Position numbers and translations under genes: made by a program. DNA of 64,000 nucleotides from Utricularia gibba (lineage: Eukaryota; Plantae; Magnoliophyta): NCBI GenBank assembly GCA_002189035.1, contig NEEC01000004.1:2976001-3040000 (forward strand). Direction: 5' to 3'. Positions 50,353-61,594 of this stretch are shown piece by piece; the stretch's first letter is position 1, and each line of letters begins with the position of its first letter. Below the pieces are notes generated by a model. It searched no databases and was not told the origin of the DNA. It saw only the letters and a list, made by a program, of their open reading frames with translations.

Positions 50353-51746
50353 TGATAGCACACAAATTTTCCTACTTTTAGGATATGAAAATTACAAGTT
50401 TTTAATTATGTTTAGTCGTTTATTTTATAGTTTTAAGTATTTTTCTGTATAATTTAGGAAAATGTGATTTTTGGTATGTTAGTGGGTTAAATCCTTTGAT
50501 TTAGCCCATCCATGTTCTAATCCAATTTTGAGTCTAGCAGCAACCCGAAAATCATGGAAAAGCACAAGGATTTCGTGCAAGTCACCGTGCAACAAGGAGC
50601 AATGAGTATGTTGTCGCGGTGGCAATCTTCAAGTCAGGGGCAGGAGTAGAATAGCAGTCAGAAACTGTACCTACCTTGGGAAATGCAAGACACAGAGAAA
50701 ACAAAGGAGAGAGAGTCGCAAAGGGGACTCGACCAGCACTTTTGCAGACACACATGAAGGGTATCTCCCCCAAGTCGAACATGAAGAATACTGAAGAACA
50801 AGGAGAAGGAAAGGTGATTTTTCTGGAGAAGAACCTCCAACGTGAAGAAAGAAGATCAAGACCACTCCAACACTACTGTTCTGGCCTGTGAACAGTAGCA
50901 GAAGGAAACCAGTACTCTTATTTTTTTATTTTCGTTTGTTGATGTTTTTAGATTATGCAACCAACTTCTGCACGATGTTCTTAACATTTTTGTTGTTTTA
51001 TGTTAATACCATTACGTTTTACCTACAAAATATGAGTAGCAAGAACACTAGGGATGTCTTAAGGTAAAGCATGAGGGTGTAGATTTAAGAATTTTAATGA
51101 AATTTATCATTGTTTCTTAACTCTTGTTTCTATAAATCCATAGGTAGACCTAAAGAGGGGAACAAGTAGCTTCACAACCAAGATGCTCGATTTAGAGGTA
51201 GACCAACAAATTAAGACGAGAACAATAGATGTTAGTCCGAGATAGAACCAGTAAAACCGAGTAGACCTAGTTCTATATACTTTACATGCGGGTAGACCTA
51301 ATTGTAATGTTGGTGATGATATTGAGGATTTGCTTAACCGAAAATATGAAGAATGACTTGGGTAAACCTAAGTTATTTGAAGTTGTGAGTGTAGAACATG
51401 GTAATTAAAATTAGACAATTTAGCACCACACACCACCTGCAGATGCTTAAAGTATCTTAGTATTATTCTGAGTTAGAACCAGTATTTGTTACTTTCCGTA
51501 TTGAAACCTGATTTTGTTTACTGAACTTATTTATCACTGCTAGTCCGAACTTAGACTAATACCACTATATTCAGAATTATGCATTTATTAAAACACTTAG
51601 CAACCACAATCTCCTTGTGATCGACCCCGAATTCTACTGTACACTTTGAGTTTAATTTGTATTTTGTGAGGATTAGGAACTATAAATTTATTTGATACGG
51701 AGATTTGCTTTATTTGCAACTATATTACTAAAATTTTCGTTTACCA
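50353..51746 (+). mobile_element. Athila-like solo LTR (1394 bp)
   Basis: TGATAGCACAC...CGTTTACCA; homologous to 12090-13347. The TSD is degraded (TTGGC/CTCGC). Confidence 0.75.
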
Positions 51747-51769
51747 CTCGCCATCTAGCCCTCTACAAC

Positions 51770-52431
51770 ATAATTCTTAGCAAAATAGCCCCACTTGGTA
51801 ATTATTTGTGTAATAGCCCTATTTTACTTAAAATAATTATTTTATTCATATTTTATTTAATTTAATATAGAAAGAGAGTTGTTTATAAATATAATATATA
51901 AATATAATTATTTTTAATTGATAAAAATATTATTTTAAAGTATAACTTTTTATTAAAAGTATAACTTTAACAAAGAAAATTATTATACCTTTTTAATATA
52001 ATTAAAGGCATTGATAACGGTGACTTATCATAACTATGATTGCATGGATTAAGCAAAATTGCATTAATAATTCTTAATGCAAATATATCCGATTATAGAT
52101 AGATGCATGGATTATTAATACAATTTTTTGTATTAGTAATTTTTATCTATGCATAAACTTTTTATTAATAACGTTGTATCATTGTTAATTTTTATATATT
52201 TGCAACTATAGTTAATTGCATTAATATTACAATTGTTTGGATTGTTAAATTTTTATATATACGTTGCATGAATATAGTTAATTATTTTTATTATATCAAA
52301 TATATTAATTTAGAGTATTTCATAAAAAGAGGGCTATTTAACAAATAATTTTATAAAAGAGGTCTATAATTCTGAAAGAGGTCTATTTCACTAATAAAAT
52401 TTTAAAACCAGGCTATATTGTTAAAAAACTC
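51770..52431. mobile_element. Non-autonomous Mutator-like (MULE/MITE) remnant
   Basis: Imperfect terminal inverted repeats: left TTAGCAAAATAGCC...AATTATTTGTGTAATAGCCCT; right AGGGCTATTTAACAAATAATT...GGCTATATTGTTAA. AT-rich interior; no TSD identified. Confidence 0.5.
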
Positions 52432-54572
52432 ATCCAACGCAATCACAATATGTACTCTATGCATTCTCTCCTGTCAATCCAACACAATCACAAACTGTAC
52501 TTCATGCATTTTCACCCGTCGATCATCTTTCACCAATTATTTATTAATCGCAGTTTGATAATAATTTTGATTTTAGTTTAAAATTAGAATCGTAAATATT
52601 GCATCAAACAAAAATTACAAGGTTTCAAACCTTTGATTTTAAAATAATCATTAAAAATTAATTATAAATTATAAATTATGAAAATTTAAGAATGTAAAAA
52701 ATAAAGAATTAAAATCACAATAAATATGTAAAATAGAAATATTTCGAGTGTTAGCCGTGGCAAGATTCCAAGATCACTTCATGTGTTAGCACTGCCATGA
52801 ATCCAAACATTGTTTTACGTGGTAGCATTATTTGGAATTACACATCGCATGGCTAAATACTAGAGACTACTTCGTGTGTTAGAGTGTTTAGAATTATATA
52901 ATTTTTATTATTTTATTATATTTAAATTATCCTTAAAAAGCATTTTATTTTAAAAATATGTACGGAAATTATTGTTTAATCCTTTTTTAGCTTAATTAAA
53001 TTTGGTATAATGAAATTAGGATGTAGGTTTTAGGATATTCCAAATTTACTTTTAGTCAATTTTATGTAATAATATATATAAAGAGAAATATCGTATGAAA
53101 TATGAGTTAAACAAACTATTTCAATGTTAAAAATATAAAAAATATATATATTGGTAACACTTTTCATAAATTAAGATGATAAATATACATTGGTCCTTCT
53201 TTTATTTAAGAGACAATGATCCATCATCGTATTTCTGTGTTCATGATTTGGACAAATGGACCATCATCAATGCATGCATAAAAAAACTCTACAGTCATGA
53301 GTATGATGAAACAGACCATATCAATTCCTAACACAGTCATGATTATGATGAAACAAGCTTCTCAAATGACCAGTTTGCTTTAGTTAGAAGAACACTTGTT
53401 GGATCTGTGTCATAATATATAATAATATTTATTATCAAATATAATATTACAATTAAAGAACAATTGTATCGTAGCTCAATTGAATGATGGAAATTTAAGA
53501 AAATGCGTAGTTTCATTTCAATGCTCAAAGATATCATAATTATATCTCAATATTGTTTTTTTATGGAAATATATGGTTGTAAAATTTTGAATTGAAACCA
53601 TTAATGAATGTTTGCCACACCAAGCATTTTGAAAATTATGAGAATCTTACATTATTAAATTTTTGAAGATAATGTTACATAAAAATAGGAATCTTATCAA
53701 AATCTATCAACTTTTTGGATATTTGGAACGGTGGATATATAAAGGTATGTTTTATAGGTATCACAAAAATAATTTATTAAACACCCTCAAATATGTTTAT
53801 GTTTATTGTTTAATAATTTAAAATAAAATTTTTTATGAATAATTATTTTAAATAATTTTATAGTAAAATTTAAAATTAAAAGTATGTTGTTAATTTACTT
53901 TTAAATAATTTAAATAATTTACATATATTAGATATGGATGTGAATTAATTTATGAAATAAGATTATTTTTTTAAAGATAGCATTCACTATATAAATATGA
54001 AACCTTATTTATTTTTCAACACCTTTCGTTGCATACACAACACCTTTTCTTATCATTGTCGGTGTTGGAGATCAGCCTCAATCCAAAGGTTGAAGGTAAT
54101 TGGAAACATTAATCTTGTATCATAATGTCATGTTTCAAATAAAAAAGGTGTTGGGTTCGAGTTGTTGGACTTTTTTGTGTGTTTTCAATGATTGTGGCCC
54201 ACTGCTGGGTAACCTAGGTGTTCGGTATATATAAACCCTACTAGAAATACGTGTCAATTAGGTTTTCGGTCATTCTTATTGTTCATGAGTCGTTTTTCAT
54301 CCAAGGTGATCTCATAAGCATTATCCCTTTATTCCTTCTCAAGACTCTATCTTTCTTGTTTCAACATGATATCGTAGCAGTAAGGTTCTCAAACTTGTGT
54401 TCGTTTCAGTATTTTATTTACCGTTCAGCGTTTTTTTACTTAGTGGTTTACCAAGTTTCAACCCGAAGTTTGTCAAACGGTGGCTATGATAGCATCTTGT
54501 AGAGGAACCCCGATATTTGATAGTTCTGAGTATCGAAGTTGGGTCAAAAAGATGCGTAGCTACCTTCGGGTC

Positions 54573-57032
54573 TGTTAAGTGTCATTTTCTTACTATTTCT
54601 TAGGTTTTTTTTATGTCTAATTGTGATTAGAAGTGTCTAATTAAGGGTCTATAATATGGGATTTAGGTTTTTATCTAGTTTAGGGTAATTATCCTAAATC
54701 TTGTATTTTATGTAATAATTTTACTAATTTTAATTGAGTTTTTCTAGAGCTGCACACGTGGCAGGAAGTGAGAGAAAGAGAGTATCATATGGCGACAAAT
54801 TGGATCTTCCCGAGCTGACATTCCCTTGATTTCCGGAAGACTGCAGACGCCTAATCATGAGCCTTGACGTGCGGAACATGGGAGTCTCTGACAGGCGGCA
54901 TTATTAGCGTACCAGTGTCAGACGTTGGTTGCAAGTCATCCCATGTTCAGCAGAATCACAGGAACACGAAATCTCATACTCTCATTGAAGTTCCATTAGG
55001 CTCAGACGTGACAGAGTTAGTTTTTAGTTTTCCCTTTTGTTTCTCTCTCTAGAGGAATTTTCCTCTAGCTTCTCCCTAGAACCTTGTTTCGTTTCCTTTA
55101 GTTTTTATGGCCGTTCGCTGCTAGAAACTTCCATTTCTAGGTTGGAACACCACCAGATCTATGTATCGTTAGTTATTCCCATGGAAAGTGATAACCCCAA
55201 GGTTTCGGAGTCCATTATTTTGGGACGACCATTCATGGCTACTGCAGGAACTAAGATTGATGTCCAAGCAGGCACCATCAGTCTTCAATTCGATGGACAA
55301 GTGCTTGACTTCAGTCTTGACAAAGCCATGAAGCATCCTGATCACATCACTGAGATATATGCAATCTCCACATGTGAAACCGACACTGATCACTATGCGA
55401 TGATCCATGAACAAGGTCCCGAATTCGATTTAGACACGGAGATTTCTCAATCTGAAGACTTTCCTCGTGCTGAACTTGAAGTCTTTAATCATTCAGATGA
55501 TCCACCCGACGAACCTTATGCGCAGGATGTTTCTTTTCTTAGCTTGGAAACACCTAGCGAGCCGCTAGTACCTTCCATTATTCGAGCACCATCATTAGAG
55601 TTAAAGACTTTGTCCGAACATCTGAAATATTTGTTTCTTGGTGATGATGAGACCCTACCCGTTATTATTTCTAGTTTACTAACCTTGGAACAGGATGAGA
55701 AGCTTAAGGCTGTGCTTCAAGAGCACAAACAAGCAATTAGTTGGACTTTAGCTGACATCAAGGGAATCAGCCCTTCTATTTGCACTCACAGGATTTACCT
55801 AGAGGATGGGACGAAGCCATTTCGACAGCCACAGAGGAGACTGAACCCCCCGATGGTGGAAGTGGTCAAGAAAGAGATTTTGAAGCTGTTATCTGACAGT
55901 GAGTGGGTTAGCCCTGTGCAGGTTGTCCCAAAGAAGACTGGTATCACAGTGATGAACAATGAACAAGGGGAACTTATTCTCACAAGAGTGCAGAATGGTT
56001 GGAGGATATGTGTGGACTATCGCAAGCTTAATTCCACCACCAGGAAAGACCACTATCCCCTTCCTTTTATAGACCAAATGCTTGAACGACTTGTAGGGAA
56101 GAGCCACTATTGTTGCTTGGATGGATTTTCCGGTTTCCACCAAATTCCCGTGGCTCTTGAAGATCAATCCAAGGTAGTTTTTGTCTGCCCTTTTGGAACT
56201 TTTGTCTATCATAGGATGCCATTTGGACTATGCAATGCACCTGCCACTTTCCAAAGATGCATGGTGAGTATCTTTTCGGAGTATGTGGAAGAAATTATTA
56301 AGGTCTTCATGGATGATTTCACTGTTTATGGCAATAGTTTTGATGAATGCTTAGGAAACTTATCTTTGATTTTGAAAAGATGTGTTGAGACTAACCTTGT
56401 GCTTAATTATGAGAAGTGTCACTTTATGGTTGAGCAAGGCATCATTTTGGGACATGCAGTTTCCAAGAGAGGAATTGAAGTGGACAAAGCAAAGGTTGAG
56501 GTAATCCAAAAACTATAGAAGGGTTACCTTAGTCGTGCATCATGAGTTAGGTACTATCAGAGCTATGGAATGTCTATCTGTTTTCATACTTGAGGACAAT
56601 TAAGTGTGGGGGAATATGTTAAGTGTCATTTTCTTACTATTTCTTAGGTTTTTTATGTCTAATTGTGATTAGAAGTGTCTAATTAGGGGTCTATAATATG
56701 AGATTTAGGTTTTTATCTAGTTTAGGGTAACTATCCTAAATCTTGTATTTTATCTAGTTTTTCTAGAGGTGCACACATGGCAGGAAGTGAGAGAAAGAGG
56801 GTATCATATGGCGACAAATTGAATCTTCCCGAGCTGACATTCCCTTGATTTTCAGAAGACTGCAGACGCCTAATCATGAGCCTTGACGTGCGGAACACGG
56901 GAGTCTCTGACAGGCGGCATCATTAGCGTACCAGTGTCAGACGTTGCTTGCAAGTCATCCCAAGTTCAGCAGAATCACAGGAACACGAAATCTCAGACTC
57001 TCATTGAAGTTCCATTCTGCTCAGACGTGACA
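54573..57032 (+). mobile_element. Deleted Athila derivative (partial 5' LTR, PR-RT, PPT, partial 3' LTR) nested in Ivana gag
   Basis: LTR starts TGTTAAGTGTC at 54573 and 56617. The Athila-type PPT AAGTGTGGGGGAA lies before 56617. No TSD: the right end is fused to Ivana sequence about 350 bp downstream of the insertion point. Confidence 0.85.
55037..56518 (+). pseudogene. Athila protease C-terminus plus RT reading frame, preceded in frame by LTR sequence
   Basis: IILGRPFMAT, WVSPVQVVPKKTG, WRICVDYRKLN, LDGFSGFHQI and VFMDDFTVYG. The frame ends at KAKVEVIQKL with no RNase H or integrase. Confidence 0.85.
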
Positions 57033-60019
57033 CTTGTGAAGGAGATTCGAGGATTGGGGGAAAAACTTGAGGATCAAAAGGTGATTAGCAAGGCAATCAT
57101 GAGCCTACTTGCAAGATTCTAGCCAAAGTTATATGCACTTTAGATAGAAAGAAAAATCCTTGACATTATTGAAGGAAAGCTCCATCAACTATATCCTGAA
57201 TATCCTGTTACTCCAGAGCCAACATTTAGAGAGTTCATGATTGAGTTGCAATCTACAGAAAAGAGATTGGAACTAAGAGATGGTTATGAGTTTGAGAAAA
57301 CTTATGGTGAAGCTGCTCTCCTCACCAAAATGCAGAATATGAATATAAACTCAGGTGCAACTAATAATTTCAAGGATCTCAAATCAACAACCATCAAACA
57401 ATCACCAATGTCAATCCCAACTTCAACCATGGGTAATCAGAAGTGCAGGCATTGTGATAAATCCAACCACAAGAGTGAAGATTGTTGGACTTTAAGCATA
57501 AATGCTTGCAAGCACTGCAACAAACAGAATCATAGGAGTGAGTTTTGCTGGTGGAAGCCTGATGCTTTGTGCACAAAATGCAATCAAAGAGGCCACTTCA
57601 TTGAATTTAAGGAATGTTCATTGAGGGGGAGTAGATATTTTGTTACATTCATTGATGATTATTCATGTTATTATTGGGTTTACTTTCTTAAAAGCAAGTC
57701 AGAAGTTTCTCATATCTTTTGAAAATTCAAAGTGATGACTGAGAATTAGAGTGGATGCTCCTTAAAGATGATTAGGTTAGACAATGGAAGTGAATTCTAC
57801 AATAATAGCATGAGAATAATTTGTGAAAATGAGGGAATCATACATCAATTCACAGTACCCTATTCTCCACAACATAATGGTATATGTGAAAGGAGAAACA
57901 GAACAATTCTTAATATGTCAAGATGCCTATTGTTTGAGAAAGATCTTCCTGTAAATTTTTGGGCTGAAGCGGTATCTACATCTGTATATCTATTGAACTT
58001 GTTTCCTTCTAGGGCGATTAGTGGAAAAACCGCCCATGAAAAATGTCATGGTTATATTAAAAAGGTTGATCATCTCAGAATCTTTGGTAGTCTGTGTTTT
58101 ACTCATGTACCAGACCAAAAACAAGGAAAACTTGATAAGAAATCTATATCTGGTGTATTTGTTGGTTATAGCAACACTATCAAGGGATATAAAATTTATA
58201 TACTTGACGAGAAGAAATTCATCTTTAGTCATGATTTCTCTTTTGATAAAGGTGCAAAGTACACTTTGATTGATGATTGCATTGATGTAAATGATGCAGA
58301 AGCTCACAAAAATCTTGAAGGGCATAACACTCACGTGAAGGGTGACCTATGGACATTCATATCTCAGAAGAAGTACTGTAATGAACTTCTTGAAAGGTTT
58401 GGGTTCAAAGATGTCAATCCTTCAAATTGATGAATTTCCATGCCTAGATAGTAGGACATCATTTCAAGGTCAGTCATCTTAAATTCTTTTTTGAGTAGAG
58501 CTTTGAATTCCTCAATCTTCCTTTCATTACCTGAGATAATCATAAGATCATCTTCCTTTCCTTTAACATATAGTGAGTAATCACTATATGTTTTTATGAA
58601 ACCAATACCATGCAGAAAGTTATCCATACGTTAGGAGAAAACAATCAGGGAAGGAATGTCGATTGTACTACTTATAGAACTATGATTGGAAGCCTCATCT
58701 ATCTCCAGCATACAAAGCCTGACCTGTGTTTTTTTGTAAATGTCTTATCTCGCTTCCTCAACAAACTAACAACAACTCACATGGCAACTGTTAAAAGAGC
58801 TTTCAAGTACATAAAATCTACTACTGATTTTGGACTGTTCTATCCCTATGAAGGTGAAAAACCAGTCTTGAAACTTAAAGCCTATTCTGATAGTGATTAT
58901 GGTATGGCTCAAGATAGCAAAAGTACATCAGGTGCACTTTTCTTCTTGAATAAGAGCCCTGTTGTCTGGTTTTCGAAGAAACAAAAGGTGGTAGCGCAAT
59001 CAACAACTGAAGCAGAATACATCTAAGCAACACATGCGTCGAACTATTGTGTTTGGTAGACGTAGATGTTAAACGAACTTGGATTCATACAAAAGGAAGC
59101 TACACATCTGCTTATGGATAATCGAGCTGCAATCTCCATTGCCAACGATCCAACAAACTTCAGCAAAGCCAAACACATAAGAATTAGGTATCATGTCATA
59201 AGGAATTACATCAAAGAGAAGAAGATTAAAGTGCAGTGTGTTGAGAGTGGGAATCAGCTTGCTGATGGGCTCACCAAAGGTTTGAACAGAGTTCAGTTTG
59301 AGCTAGCAAGGAAGAACATGAATCTCATGACTATGGAAGACTTTCTCAAGTTGGGAGATCTCGGTCTGGGGGGAGTGTTGGAGATCAGCCTCAATCCAAA
59401 GTTTGAAGGTGATTGGAAGCACAAATCTTGTGTCATAATGTCATGTTTCAGATAAAAAAGGTGTTGGATTTCGAGCATGGAAGTGTTGGGTTCGAGTTGT
59501 TGGGCTTTTTTGTGTGTTTTCAATAATTGTAGCCCACTGCTGGGTAACCTAGTTGTTGGGTATATATAAACCCTACTAAGAATACGTGTCAATTAGGTTT
59601 TCGATCATTCTTATTGTTCATGAGTCGTTTTTCATCCAAGGTGATCTCATAAGCATTATCCCTTTGTTCCTTCCCAAGACTCTATCTTTCTTGTTTCAAC
59701 AGTCAGCACACTCCCTAAAGTTCAGAATTCATCGGTTTCAATCAATTATAAAATGAGTTTTGTCTTAAAAAAATGTATTTTGATTATAATTATGTATTTA
59801 GTTGAGCTTATTATTTTATATATGTATTTGATTGGAATTTAATTATAGATATGTATTTTCTTATCATTAATCTCTTGCTTATTTTATTATTTTTCATTTT
59901 GTTATTGTTACTATTTAATTATTGTTGTGTAACTTTCGATAATTAGGAAATGGATAAATTTTATATTAAATAGTTCCTCTCAAATGATTAGTTGACAATC
60001 ATGCTTCAACAAAAAAAAA

Positions 60020-60200
60020 TATCTCTTGATGCAAATCTATCGGATGAATATCCTAATCCTTGGCTTATGTCTCGTAAAACATTTGATGCTCATCTTAGAC
60101 TTCCTATTCATCTCTTTGTCCTTGATGAGCTCACCTACTTGAAATTGCCTATTGGATTTTTAATACATTTTTCCTACAATAGTATCTTAGTTTTTGTATA
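60020..60200 (+). pseudogene. Possible remnant of a Tat/Retand-type extra ORF (putative gypsy-type transposase-like domain)
   Basis: TFDAHLRLPIHLFVLDELTYLKL resembles the remembered F.AGLRLP.H.F motif; short and degraded. Confidence 0.3.
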
Positions 60201-60429
60201 TTTGTGCAAAGATGAATACGTAGAATATCTATTATCTGTTTTTTTTGGCACTATCTATTTCAAAAAAAAAAACTCCTAGTGGAACATGATATTTTTAAAG
60301 ATTATGAAACACTATATTGTAGCAAACTCTACCCAAAACTATGCGGACCGGGTGAACTTCGTTTGTGATTGTACCCCCAAAATATTTTGCAATCATAAGG
60401 CATTCTCCATTGATATATCCTGAGGATGA

Positions 60430-61594
60430 TGACAACACATGTTTTTAAGTATCTTAGTACTACAAAATTAGTAATATTATGATATTAAACTAGTGTTTTA
60501 TTAAGTATTTATTTTCGTGATTAAAAATATTGTTTAGGTTTTTTTAGTCCAAATCAGGACTAAATCTTAGATTTAGTCTCAATCTTTGTTCTAATTACTT
60601 TCTTTAAGCAATTGAGCTGAAAGTGTACCATAAGTAGCACGAAAAGAAGACAAAAGAGAGGAAAGATAAACACCAAATCATAAGGAGACAAAAAAATAGA
60701 TTTTTCAAAATTATGAAGAAAGAGAAAGGGGATCTACTACTTTGAAAAACATGCAAACAAGTGTGGGTAGGGGGGGAAGTTCGAAGAAAAACACAAAAGA
60801 ACCATGAAGAAGAAGTAAGAAGAATGAGGAACCAAGTTCTCTTTTGAAGATTTCCTCTATTTATAAGGAATATTACTCCTAGTCTAGAATAGATTAAGAA
60901 TATAATTTCAGCATTTTGTGACAAACTAATTTACTTTCATGCTACTGTTTATTGTCTTTTCGTTGAGTTGTGACATGAAATGTGGATGATGATGTTAGAT
61001 GCATTAGTTTTATTTTCTTTTTTATGAATAACTAAGCATCAAGTGGTGACTTGGGACAAAGAGGGTAGTATGCTTATTGATCATTAATCCATACTTACCA
61101 CAAAATCACACTATTTTCTTAACAAAACAGGATAGATTTAGGAGGGAAAGTAGTGATTTGCATCGTAAACAACCTTAATTAGAGTTAGACAAAAAATTAG
61201 GGGAAAATAAGAGTTTAGGTATACTTGAACCTTTATTTGTTAGGTGAATGGTTTTTATTTGGATGAGATAGTTGTGATGATTAACATGCTACTCCTAAGA
61301 GTTCCAAAGCATCACCTAATTTCTTCCTAAATAATAACCGAGTTCATTAGTTTATTACTTGTTTTACTGTACTTTATCACAAAACTAAATTAGTTATAGC
61401 TTAGACTTAATCTTCATTCTTGACAAATATTGAATACATTAGCTTTCACATAGTAAACACATAGTTCCTTGTGTTCAAACCTAATCCACTATGCTTATTA
61501 TTTATTCCATGATTCAGTATACATTAGATTTATAAATTTATTTAATAGGAGAATTTGCATTTTTAACGATGTTTGCAAAAATGTTCGTTTATCA
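60430..61594 (+). mobile_element. Athila-like solo LTR (1165 bp)
   Basis: TGACAACACAT...CGTTTATCA with a perfect GATGA TSD (60425-60429, 61595-61599). Similar to 15346-16500. Confidence 0.85.

Larger units (their letters stand above)
54063..59701 (+). mobile_element. Ivana-like Ty1/copia, copy 3, with both LTRs but multiple internal deletions and an inversion
   Basis: LTRs 54063-54366 and 59376-59701 (about 17 substitutions plus one ~23-bp indel by eye). TSD GTCGG/GTCAG, degenerate PBS 54367-54378, PPT GGGGGGAG 59368-59375. ORFs 57237-57722, 57768-58430, 58610-59026 and 59066-59455. Confidence 0.9.

Noticed and set aside
54573-55013. A TRIM-like element with short TG...CA LTRs (54573-55013 and 56617-57032)
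   Set aside because: No PBS follows 55013, LTR homology continues beyond it in the 45051-45596 copy, and there is no TSD.
59376-59455. Copia ORF running into the 3' LTR as an unusual feature
   Set aside because: Overlap of the pol end with the PPT or LTR start is common in copia elements, and the extension has no recognisable motif.
60040-60430. Harbinger transposase on the minus strand
   Set aside because: Only weak, stop-riddled resemblance. The plus-strand reading fits a different element equally well.
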